Source: Flavipsychrobacter sp.
GTDB taxonomy: Bacteria > Bacteroidota > Bacteroidia > Chitinophagales > Chitinophagaceae
Reading direction: 5' to 3'
Assembly: GCA_031292525.1 (NCBI GenBank)
Contig: JARLGY010000010.1
Span: 90,806-154,805 of the forward strand
Length of the DNA stretch: 64,000 nt
Part shown: positions 17,177 through 26,199 of the stretch, piece after piece
How positions within the stretch are numbered: the first letter of the stretch is position 1
Layout: each line of letters starts with the position of its first letter
Notes under the pieces: model-generated
Databases searched by the model: none
Told to the model about the DNA's origin: nothing
Seen by the model: only the letters and a program-made list of their open reading frames with translations
Translations under genes and position numbers: made by a program

Positions 17177-18154
17177 TTAAGCGTTCAAAAGTATAGCAGC
17201 ATCTTTAGCAAAGTAAGTAGCTATAAGGTCTGCACCAGCACGTTTTATGCTGGTCATAGACTCCAGTATGGCTTTATTTTCATCCAGCCAGCCCATTTGA
17301 GCAGCAGCTTTTATCATGGCATATTCACCACTTACATGATAGGCGCTTACAGGAACTGTTACTTCGTTCTTTATCTCACGAATAATATCAAGATACGCCA
17401 TTGCAGGTTTTACCATAACAATATCAGCGCCTTCCTCTATATCCATCAAAGTTTCTTTTACTGCCTCTATACGGTTGGCATAATCCATCTGGTAAGTCTT
17501 CTTGTCACCAAAACCCGGTGCACTATCCAGTGCATCGCGGAAGGGGCCGTAAAAGCAAGACGCATACTTGGCGCTATAAGCCATAATGCCTGTACGGGTA
17601 CAACCATTACTTTCCAGTATATCGCGGATGGCAATAATCCGGCCATCCATCATATCGCTTGGCGCCACAAAATCAGCACCTGCCTGCGCATGACTCAAAC
17701 TCATACTAGCAAGCACTTCTACAGTAGGGTCATTTACTATCTCAGAGCCTTCTACAATACCATCGTGGCCGTATGTAGAAAAAGGATCTAATGCTACATC
17801 AGTCATCACTATAGTATCGGGGCAAGCATGTTTAATTGCCCTTATAGCACGCTGCATCAGGCCATTGGGGTTCAAAGCCTCGGTGCCTTTATTATCTTTC
17901 AGGTTATCATCACATTTTATAAACAGCAACACACTTCGTACACCTAATGACCAAAGCTCTTTTACTTCCTTTATTGTAAGGTCTATACTACGGCGGTAAT
18001 AGCCTGACATAGAAGATATTGGCTCCTGCACGTTAGTGCCTTCTACTATAAACAAGGGCGCTATAAAGTCGGCAGGTTTTAATATTGTCTCAGCCACCAT
18101 AGCCCTTATAGCAGGAGTTTGGCGCAGTATTCGGTTCCTTCTTATTAAATGCAT
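17177..18154 (-). CDS. hemB: Porphobilinogen synthase (ALA dehydratase)
   Basis: The N-terminus RRNR..PAIRAMVAET, the family-typical length and the heme-operon context all fit. Confidence 0.92.
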   Translation of the reverse strand: MHLIRRNRILRQTPAIRAMVAETILKPADFIAPLFIVEGTNVQEPISSMSGYYRRSIDLTIKEVKELWSLGVRSVLLFIKCDDNLKDNKGTEALNPNGLMQRAIRAIKHACPDTIVMTDVALDPFSTYGHDGIVEGSEIVNDPTVEVLASMSLSHAQAGADFVAPSDMMDGRIIAIRDILESNGCTRTGIMAYSAKYASCFYGPFRDALDSAPGFGDKKTYQMDYANRIEAVKETLMDIEEGADIVMVKPAMAYLDIIREIKNEVTVPVSAYHVSGEYAMIKAAAQMGWLDENKAILESMTSIKRAGADLIATYFAKDAAILLNA

Positions 18155-18173
18155 AAAAACGTTTTCAAAATAA

Positions 18174-19082
18174 TTATACCCAGTCCCTGGGTTTCAAATA
18201 TTCCAACAATTCAGCTTCCTTACTACCTGGTTCAGGATGATAATCATACTTCCACTGCGCGCGAGGAGGCAGACTCATTAATATACTTTCAGTACGGCCA
18301 TTGGTCTTTAAACCAAACAATGTACCCCGGTCATGTATCAGGTTAAACTCTACATACCGCCCTCGTCTAATCTCCTGCCAGTTTATTTCCTGTTCGGTAT
18401 ATGGCATATCCTTCCTACGCTCAACAATAGGTAAGTAGGCAGGTAGAAATGACTTCCCTACGGCTTCCTGAAAATTAAATAGATCCTGGCCATGGGCCTC
18501 ATCTTTAGGGCGCAGGTAATCGTAAAATACACCTCCAATACCACGTGTCTCATTATTCCTGTGGGTGTTCACGAAGTATTTATCGCACTGGGCTTTAAAT
18601 TTAGGGTAATGCCCTTTATCAAAAACATCCATTGCATTTTTTAAAGTGGTGTGGAAATGCTTGCCGTCCTCTTCAAATATATAATAAGGCGTAAGGTCGC
18701 TGCCACCACCATACCAACTATCCAGCTTTTGTCCCTGCTTGTTATACAACTCGAAGTAACGCCAGTTGGCATGTACGGTAGGCACAAACGGGTTAATCGG
18801 GTGTATGACTAACGAGATGCCACATGCAAAGAAATCGCTCTCGGGTACACCAAATGATTGCTGCATAGCTGTTGGTAAAGCCCCATGTACAGCAGAGATA
18901 TTTACCCCACCCTTTTCAAAAACATTTCCATCAGCAATTACTCTCGATATGCCACCACCGCCTTCCGGGCGCTGCCATTTGTCTTCTATAAAACGAGCTT
19001 TACCATCTGCAGCCTCAAGCGCTGTACAAATCTCATTTTGTAAGTTTTTTACAAAATCTAAAAACTGTTCTTTAGCCTCCAT
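18174..19082 (-). CDS. hemF: Oxygen-dependent coproporphyrinogen III oxidase
   Basis: Contains GGGISRV, FEKGGVN, RRGRYVEFNL and DRGT.FGL blocks. Confidence 0.92.
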   Translation of the reverse strand: MEAKEQFLDFVKNLQNEICTALEAADGKARFIEDKWQRPEGGGGISRVIADGNVFEKGGVNISAVHGALPTAMQQSFGVPESDFFACGISLVIHPINPFVPTVHANWRYFELYNKQGQKLDSWYGGGSDLTPYYIFEEDGKHFHTTLKNAMDVFDKGHYPKFKAQCDKYFVNTHRNNETRGIGGVFYDYLRPKDEAHGQDLFNFQEAVGKSFLPAYLPIVERRKDMPYTEQEINWQEIRRGRYVEFNLIHDRGTLFGLKTNGRTESILMSLPPRAQWKYDYHPEPGSKEAELLEYLKPRDWV

Positions 19083-19136
19083 AACTTAACTAATATAATG
19101 CGCAATGATCAGGAATAAGGATAAGTAAATGTTGCC

Positions 19137-20189
19137 TTATGCTATCTGTTGCGCAGTAGTCATACTATATTCTTTCACTGCATCTACAAACGCCCGCGCA
19201 TGATCTACCGGTACATTTGGTAGTATGCCATGCCCCAGGTTAGCTATGTAGCGCTGCGTACCAAAACCATCTATCATTTCTTTTACTGACTTCTTGATCT
19301 CGCTGATAGGAGCCAGTAAACGGGAAGGATCAAAATTGCCTTGCAATGTAATATTACCACCTGTTAGTTTTCTTGCTAATTGTGGTGTTACTGTCCAGTC
19401 TATACCCAGACCAGCCGCACTGCTGTTACTCAAATCTTCCAGTGCATACCAACTCCCCTTAGGGAATAATATCACCGGCACATCTTCACTTACCGCGTCT
19501 GCTATTTGTATTAAATATGGCCGCGCAAAACTATTGAAATCCTGCGGGCTTAACATACCACTCCAACTATCAAAAACCTGTACAGTATCTGCACCTGCTT
19601 TTACCTGGGCTTTCAGGTATGCAATAGTCATATCGGTGATCTTCTGGAGCAGGCTATGCGCCAGTTCAGGTTGTGTAAAGCAAAACTGCTTTGCCTTATC
19701 AAACGACTTACTGCCCTTCCCTTCTACCATGTAGCAAAGCAATGTCCATGGGGCACCAGCAAAACCTATAAGAGGCACACGTCCATTAAGTTCCTGCTTT
19801 GTAAGCGACAACGCATCCATTACATACTTTAAGGTATGCTCTACCCCGTCAGTTACCAAGTTATCTATATCAGCTTTTGTTTTTATCACATCCGGCAACA
19901 ATGGCCCCTTACCTTCTTCCATCAGCACAGTCATACCCATAGCCTGCGGTATCACCAGTATGTCAGAAAATATGATAGCAGCATCTACACCCACCTGATC
20001 CACTGGTTGCAAGGTAATAGCACTTGCCAATTCAGGGGTCTGTACTCGGGTAAAGAAATCGTATTGGTTACGCAGCTTTATATAATCGGGCAGGTAACGT
20101 CCGGCCTGGCGCATCATCCATACAGGAGGGCGTTCAACATTCTCGCCACGCAAGGCTCTTAATAACAGGTCGTTTTTTAAATTACTCAT
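19137..20189 (-). CDS. hemE: Uroporphyrinogen decarboxylase
   Basis: Contains the [17 protein letters not shown] motif. Confidence 0.93.
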   Translation of the reverse strand: MSNLKNDLLLRALRGENVERPPVWMMRQAGRYLPDYIKLRNQYDFFTRVQTPELASAITLQPVDQVGVDAAIIFSDILVIPQAMGMTVLMEEGKGPLLPDVIKTKADIDNLVTDGVEHTLKYVMDALSLTKQELNGRVPLIGFAGAPWTLLCYMVEGKGSKSFDKAKQFCFTQPELAHSLLQKITDMTIAYLKAQVKAGADTVQVFDSWSGMLSPQDFNSFARPYLIQIADAVSEDVPVILFPKGSWYALEDLSNSSAAGLGIDWTVTPQLARKLTGGNITLQGNFDPSRLLAPISEIKKSVKEMIDGFGTQRYIANLGHGILPNVPVDHARAFVDAVKEYSMTTAQQIA

Positions 20190-20199
20190 TGCTTATTGT

Positions 20200-20907
20200 T
20201 TACCGGCTTTCAGATTGTTCAAAAAAATCAACAACCAGCTCCACCATATTTTCCTTTGAGGGTACACTGCTTATTATTATCCTATTCCTTGTCACTTCTT
20301 TTAAAGCATCGGCGGTCGTTTCGCCTATTGCAAACAGAACAGTACGTGTAGGAAACTCGTTCTCGGTAAGGAAACTATCTACACCACTTGGACTAAAAAA
20401 CAAAATAGCATTGTAGAACCTGGTCATTTTTGCAGAAGTAACAACCGTATTATACACAACAATTTTTTGTACAGCTATTTTTGCTTTTATTAGTTTATCG
20501 GGCAGTTCATACCGCGCCTTATTGCCGCAAAAAAAGACGACGTTCTTACACTTGTTCTTAATTATTTTCTCGGCTAGTTTCGATGCGTTATCGGCCATCG
20601 CCACTATCTTATCGGCACCAAAAAAAGCTTTCACCGCGTCTGCTGTGGCCTTGCTGGTGCAGAAAATACGCCAATCGAGCTTTGCACCTTTTGCAGTAGC
20701 CGCAATAACATGCTCTACTGCATTAACACTCGTAAATACAACAGTCGCCTGTTGTGTAAACAATTCCTTTAATTGCTTGGTAACGGAGTCGGACTTAACC
20801 GGCTCTATATTTATCATGGACGAAATATCTACAGATATACCGTGTTCACCCAGCTTATCTATAAGTGACTGATGTAAAGGCGACGTACTTAATATATTTC
20901 TATCCAT
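20200..20907 (-). CDS. hemD: Uroporphyrinogen-III synthase
   Basis: The call rests on size and position between hemC and hemE. Sequence conservation in this family is weak. Confidence 0.65.
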   Translation of the reverse strand: MDRNILSTSPLHQSLIDKLGEHGISVDISSMINIEPVKSDSVTKQLKELFTQQATVVFTSVNAVEHVIAATAKGAKLDWRIFCTSKATADAVKAFFGADKIVAMADNASKLAEKIIKNKCKNVVFFCGNKARYELPDKLIKAKIAVQKIVVYNTVVTSAKMTRFYNAILFFSPSGVDSFLTENEFPTRTVLFAIGETTADALKEVTRNRIIISSVPSKENMVELVVDFFEQSESR

Positions 20908-20972
20908 TTTTGGCTAAAGCCATTTGTTTATTTGTGAGATGAACCTAAAAGCTGCAAAGGTAACGCTTCAAA

Positions 20973-21884
20973 TTAAGCACTACGAACGCTTTCCAATATT
21001 GCTCTACCCCCCTTGCGTAATAATTCTTCGGCCGCATCTTTACCTATATCTGTCGCGCTATCGACCGGAATAGTTCGCCTTACTTCCAATTTCTCCGTGC
21101 CATCTACACTCAATATATTCCCCTCAAATACAACTACTCCATTTTGTATTTGCGCTAAAGCACTTATTGGTGTAGCACACCCTCCCATCAAAGCTCTTAA
21201 GAAATCTCTTTCCAGTCCTGTGCACAAAGCTGTTTCGTTATCATGAAAAGAACTGCAAGCATCGAGACTGTGATTATCATCTGCACGACAAACCACCATA
21301 ATAGCGCCCTGTGCAGGAGCTGGCAGCATCCAATCTAATTCGATAGCATTTGCAGGGCGCAAGTTTATACGTTCCAGACCTGCGGCAGCAAATATTGCCC
21401 CGTTCCAATTGTTATCCTTCACCTTTTGCAAACGTGTGTTTACATTTCCACGCAAATTTTCGAGGGTATGACCAGGATATCGATTCAGCCATTGTGCTTT
21501 GCGGCGTATGCTGCTGGTAGCTATTACTACGGGTAATGTGCCATCTAAAAATGCAATATCTGTTTTGGGAACAAGGAGATCTTTATAAGATGCACGCTTT
21601 AGTATAGACGCACAAACAATACCTTTTGGCATTTGCGTAGGCACATCTTTCATAGAGTGTACCGCAATATCTATATTGCCATTAAGCAACGCTATATCCA
21701 GAGCCCTTGTAAAAATCCCCTGTACCCCTATTTCGTAGAGCGGGGTTTTAAGGTCTGTATCACCTTCACTTTTTATAAAAATCAGTTCAGCCTCATGTCC
21801 ATCGTCTGCTAGTAATCGTTTTACCAGGTTTGCCTGCCATACAGCCAGCTCACTTTCCCTGGTACCTATTCTTATTTTGGGCAT
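20973..21884 (-). CDS. hemC: Hydroxymethylbilane synthase (porphobilinogen deaminase)
   Basis: The N-terminus IRIGTRESELAVWQA and RGNVNTRL are present. Confidence 0.93.
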   Translation of the reverse strand: MPKIRIGTRESELAVWQANLVKRLLADDGHEAELIFIKSEGDTDLKTPLYEIGVQGIFTRALDIALLNGNIDIAVHSMKDVPTQMPKGIVCASILKRASYKDLLVPKTDIAFLDGTLPVVIATSSIRRKAQWLNRYPGHTLENLRGNVNTRLQKVKDNNWNGAIFAAAGLERINLRPANAIELDWMLPAPAQGAIMVVCRADDNHSLDACSSFHDNETALCTGLERDFLRALMGGCATPISALAQIQNGVVVFEGNILSVDGTEKLEVRRTIPVDSATDIGKDAAEELLRKGGRAILESVRSA

Positions 21885-23089
21885 TACGCTATAAATTCAT
21901 TTATTGCTTCAATATAATGACAGCCTATTGTGTTTTTGCTGCGCATCTTCATGGCCATTACATTCAGCACTTTTTGTATTCTATCATCCCCCGCGCCGCT
22001 ATATGCCAGCTCAAGGCCAGCATCATTATTTAATTCTCTAAGCTTATGCTTTACCTCTTTCAGCATAGGTACATGCTTACGCATGTTGCACCATTCATCA
22101 AACTCGGTAATATGTTCATTGATAATATGGAGCGCCTTTGGAACTTCCCCTTGACGCATTTCCAGTGTCTTATCTTTTATACGGGATAGTTCATCAATAT
22201 TTATGAAGGTAACACCGGGTACTTGCTGTGCTGCCGGTTCCACATTGCACGGCACGGAAAGATCTATGATCATTTTTTCGCCACTGCCTGTTACATGCGA
22301 TGCCAGCACAACAGGGTGTGAGGCATTTGTAGAAACGATAATAACATCTGCACTATGCAATTCTTCATTCATCATTTCAACCGGCGCATGGCTTAAATTA
22401 AGCTCTGCAGCCAGTTCTACAGCCTTTTGTGCTGTACGGTTGATGAGTGTAACACGGTTCGTATTGAGATAATGCACCAGATTCTTACAAGTATTACGCC
22501 CCATTTTACCTGTCCCCAACAAAACTATTTTCTTGCTTGCAATACTTGCAACGTGTTCTTTTATGTATTGTATAGCTGCAAAAGAAACAGATACTGTTCC
22601 TCCGCTAAGCGCTGTATGAGTTTTAATAGCTTTTGACGATTGCAACACACTGTTTACCAGCCTTTCGAGGAAAGGGCCAAAAAATCCGGCTTCTTTAGAA
22701 AAGCGTGCTGCAGTTTTTATCTGTCCTAATATTTCATAGTCACCAAGTATCTGTGAATCCAGGCCTGCACTTACTTTAAAAAGGTGTTCTATAGCATCGG
22801 GGCCACTTTTAGTATAGGCTAGTTCTGCAAAAAGTGCTGGATCGCCTTCAGTCACCGCACAAACCATATCCATCATTTGGCGATAATTAGACGCAAAGCC
22901 ATAAATTTCGGTGCGATTGCAGGTAGAAAGAATAAATATCTCTTTAATACCAGACTGAGGCGCTATAGTAAGAATTCGAACATACTGGTCATTATTTACA
23001 GCAAACTGACCTCTGATGTCTGCATCAGTTTTTTTATAACTGATACCCACGATCCTGAAATCATTAATGTTCCTGATATCTTTGTCCAT
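21884..23089 (-). CDS. hemA: Glutamyl-tRNA reductase
   Basis: Contains the STCNRTEIY active-site Cys block and a GTGKMG NADPH loop. It shares 1 nt with hemC. Confidence 0.92.
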   Translation of the reverse strand: MDKDIRNINDFRIVGISYKKTDADIRGQFAVNNDQYVRILTIAPQSGIKEIFILSTCNRTEIYGFASNYRQMMDMVCAVTEGDPALFAELAYTKSGPDAIEHLFKVSAGLDSQILGDYEILGQIKTAARFSKEAGFFGPFLERLVNSVLQSSKAIKTHTALSGGTVSVSFAAIQYIKEHVASIASKKIVLLGTGKMGRNTCKNLVHYLNTNRVTLINRTAQKAVELAAELNLSHAPVEMMNEELHSADVIIVSTNASHPVVLASHVTGSGEKMIIDLSVPCNVEPAAQQVPGVTFINIDELSRIKDKTLEMRQGEVPKALHIINEHITEFDEWCNMRKHVPMLKEVKHKLRELNNDAGLELAYSGAGDDRIQKVLNVMAMKMRSKNTIGCHYIEAINEFIA

Positions 23090-23271
23090 CTGTTAGTGAA
23101 GTGTGAATGCTTGCGCAAAGGTAGTTTCCTATGTCCCTGTTAGGTAATTTTTGTGTCACATGTTCGTCATTTTAAAAACACAACTTTATCATGTTTATAT
23201 TGTTGCTTTATTTGCACCCAAAGAACAGGGCGTGTTTAACATACGTTTTCAACAAAAAATAAGTTTTAAAA

Positions 23272-24330
23272 ATGCCAGATAATATAAAAAGGGCGGTTGT
23301 ATTAATGAATCTTGGTTCACCAGATTCTACTAATGTAAAGGATGTAGGTACCTATCTGAAAGAATTTTTGATGGATAAAAGGGTATTAGATACCCCCTAC
23401 CTGCTGCGTTCTCTTCTTGTAAATGGTATCATTGTTCCTTTCCGGTCGCCCAAATCAGCACACGCTTACAAATCTGTGTGGACAAAAGAAGGATCACCAC
23501 TTATTGTACTTACACGCCAACTACAAAAACTTGTGCAGGCTCAAATGCAGGAACCTGTAGAAATAGCTATGCGCTATGGCAACCCTGGCATGAAGGAAGC
23601 TTATGACAACATTTTAGCAAAGCAGCCAGATACTGAAGAAGTTATATTGCTCCCATTATATCCGCACTATGCTATGTCCAGCTACGAAACCGCAGTGGTG
23701 CATGCGGAAGATACATACACCAAAGGCAAGTATCCATTTAAGATAACAACTATAAAACCTTTCTACAACGAAACAAATTACATAGATGCCCTTCGCGATA
23801 GCATTGCCTCTTATTTAAATGAGGATTATGACCAAGTATTATTCAGCTTTCACGGAATACCTGAAAGACATTTGCTAAAAAGTGACCCCACTCATAGCCA
23901 CTGCCTGAAGGTAGCAGATTGCTGTAACGTGCCTTCAACTGCACATGCTACTTGTTACAGGCATCAGTGCTACCAAACGGCAAACCTTGTAGCTGCATCG
24001 CTTGGTATTCCTAAAAACAAATACGCAATTTCTTTCCAATCAAGGCTTGGACGCTCAGAATGGATAAAACCATATACAGCGGCACGCCTTACAGAACTTC
24101 CTGGAGAAGGAGTAAAGAAGCTACTGGTTGTTTGTCCTGCATTTGTAAGCGATTGTCTTGAAACCCTGGAGGAAATAGCCATGCAAGGGAAAGAGTCCTT
24201 TATCAGTTCAGGTGGCACTTCACTCACTCTTATTCCTTGCCTAAACATACACCCACTATGGGTAAAAACAATTGCAAGCTGGATCACGCAATTCAGGGAA
24301 AATAATTTACAGATGGCACTCACAAAATAA
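23272..24330 (+). CDS. hemH: Ferrochelatase
   Basis: Contains LMNLGSPDS, PLYPHYA and the FSFHGIPE His block. Confidence 0.92.
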   Translation: MPDNIKRAVVLMNLGSPDSTNVKDVGTYLKEFLMDKRVLDTPYLLRSLLVNGIIVPFRSPKSAHAYKSVWTKEGSPLIVLTRQLQKLVQAQMQEPVEIAMRYGNPGMKEAYDNILAKQPDTEEVILLPLYPHYAMSSYETAVVHAEDTYTKGKYPFKITTIKPFYNETNYIDALRDSIASYLNEDYDQVLFSFHGIPERHLLKSDPTHSHCLKVADCCNVPSTAHATCYRHQCYQTANLVAASLGIPKNKYAISFQSRLGRSEWIKPYTAARLTELPGEGVKKLLVVCPAFVSDCLETLEEIAMQGKESFISSGGTSLTLIPCLNIHPLWVKTIASWITQFRENNLQMALTK

Positions 24331-24333
24331 AAC

Positions 24334-24870
24334 ATGTACGAATATTATAATTACATAAAGGCACTCCACATCATTTTCATAGTTACATGGTTTAGTGGTA
24401 TGTTCTATATGCCCAGGTTGTTCATCTATAATACAGAAGCAAATGATGCCCCTGATGGCATTCGTGAAGCGATGCATAGCCAGTTCAACTTGATGATAAA
24501 AAGACTGTGGTTTGGTATAACATGGCCGTCAGCTGTTCTTACACTCATCTTCGGCCCATGGATGTGGTATATGATGGGTGCGCTGCCAACATGGTTAGTA
24601 GTTAAACTCTGTTTTGTAGTCGGCCTTTATTGTTATCATTTTACGTTGCACATTATTTACAAACAGGAGGCAAAAGGAATTTACAAATACTCTTCGCAGC
24701 AGTTGCGCATATGGAACGAAGTGGCCACAATTTTCCTTATAGCTATTGTAATGCTTGCTGTGGTAAAACAAAGCCTTAGTGCATTTTGGGGAGTACTTGG
24801 TCTTGTTGCATTTGTAGTATTGCTTATGAGTGCAATAAAAATTTATAAACTTGTTCGAAGCAAAAAATGA
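24334..24870 (+). CDS. hemJ: Protoporphyrinogen IX oxidase HemJ (UPF0093/CopD-like membrane protein)
   Basis: It is 178 aa with about 4-5 TM helices. The N-terminal KALHIIFIVTWFSGMFYMPRLFIY is typical of HemJ. It follows hemH directly. Confidence 0.8.
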   Translation: MYEYYNYIKALHIIFIVTWFSGMFYMPRLFIYNTEANDAPDGIREAMHSQFNLMIKRLWFGITWPSAVLTLIFGPWMWYMMGALPTWLVVKLCFVVGLYCYHFTLHIIYKQEAKGIYKYSSQQLRIWNEVATIFLIAIVMLAVVKQSLSAFWGVLGLVAFVVLLMSAIKIYKLVRSKK

Positions 24871-25123
24871 CTATGCTTGATAAGTATTGTGTAATTTTTT
24901 CCTCATTTATCTTTAAATAAATGAACTTACTTAATATAAAAAGATACTGCTAGAAACATAACCAACAAACAAGTAATCATCATAAAATAATGAAAATCAA
25001 CATTTTATAAATAAACACAAGCAATACCTATAAAATAGTCAATAAATATCACATACATAATATTAAGATCCTAAAGGTTAGCCTGATTTTTGCATAGACA
25101 TTGCAGCATTTGTTAGTAACCTC

Positions 25124-25381
25124 ATGTATAGATTTAATAAGATCCAGGATAACGACGGAATTTGGCGGTTTGAGCTTGACGGAATAAACCTTTTGGTAGA
25201 CGGCTATACTATTAAAGATGAAAAACACTGGATCAAAAATCCACAGACAGCAATTGCCTATTTCAATATCAGCGGTCACTTGTACGGCGTGTCCAATTCA
25301 CTAAAAACATTCCCCACCATAGAAGACCTGTACGATACCCTTTTTCAACAATACCAATTCTTCAAAAGGAAAACGGCCTGA
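25124..25381 (+). CDS. Hypothetical small protein (85 aa)
   Basis: The ORF is followed by a strong hairpin terminator. No motif was recognised. Confidence 0.45.
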   Translation: MYRFNKIQDNDGIWRFELDGINLLVDGYTIKDEKHWIKNPQTAIAYFNISGHLYGVSNSLKTFPTIEDLYDTLFQQYQFFKRKTA

Positions 25382-25403
25382 TTACACATATTATTTCTCC
25401 GTT

Positions 25404-25435
25404 AATAGTTACCAATTTACATTTTGGTAACTATT
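25404..25435 (+). terminator. Intrinsic terminator hairpin
   Basis: aatagttacca (25404-25414) pairs perfectly with tggtaactatt (25425-25435). The tail is T-rich. Confidence 0.6.
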
Positions 25436-25489
25436 ATTATTGGCAGATAGCCCGTTTTCTATTTATTTTTAGGGTACAATAAATTTTCT

Positions 25490-26023
25490 ATGCCCATTAC
25501 TCCCCCTCCAGCACAATCTGATTTTGGATTTTACAACCGATACATATTTAAAGTAAAACATCTAGACCTCATAAATGCCTTTAAGGAAAACTGGACTGAA
25601 GTTAATAATCTATTCAGCAATATCCCGGAAGACAAACTTTTATATCGCTATGATACAGGCAAGTGGAATATTAAGGAAATAGCACAACACCTAATGGACG
25701 GCGAACGAAATTTCTGTTACCGTGCTATGCGTATTTCAAGAAAGGATGCGATTGAGGTGCCTGTTTATGATCCACATGCTTTTGTGAGCAATAGCAATGC
25801 CACAGAAAGGGACATAAAAAATTTACTTGACGAACTACAGGCTACAAGAAATGCTACAATTGCCTTTTTTGAAGGCATGAGTACAGAAATGCTGGACAAT
25901 GAGGGCCCTGCAAGAGACGCAATAGTATCGGCACGAGCTATGGGTTTTGCAATAGTTGGCCACGCCATACATCATATGGAAATAATAAAGGAACGCTATC
26001 TGGCTGTGCAAGCAGTTGCCTAA
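25490..26023 (+). CDS. DinB-family (four-helix bundle, His-triad) protein
   Basis: The size fits. The spaced His residues include IAQHLMDGERNF and a C-terminal HAIHHME. Confidence 0.6.
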   Translation: MPITPPPAQSDFGFYNRYIFKVKHLDLINAFKENWTEVNNLFSNIPEDKLLYRYDTGKWNIKEIAQHLMDGERNFCYRAMRISRKDAIEVPVYDPHAFVSNSNATERDIKNLLDELQATRNATIAFFEGMSTEMLDNEGPARDAIVSARAMGFAIVGHAIHHMEIIKERYLAVQAVA

Positions 26024-26199
26024 TTTCGGAACTTATATCAAGGCAATAATTATCCGTTAAGATCTCGTGTTATAATATTGTGCTTGGCAAATAATAACTT
26101 CAATTATTTATTGTTTTGAAGCAACTTTTTCGGCTTTGGTCTCATTTTTAGTATCTGTGGATAGATTTATATGCATTTTGTACATCCAAAGCGATGTAA

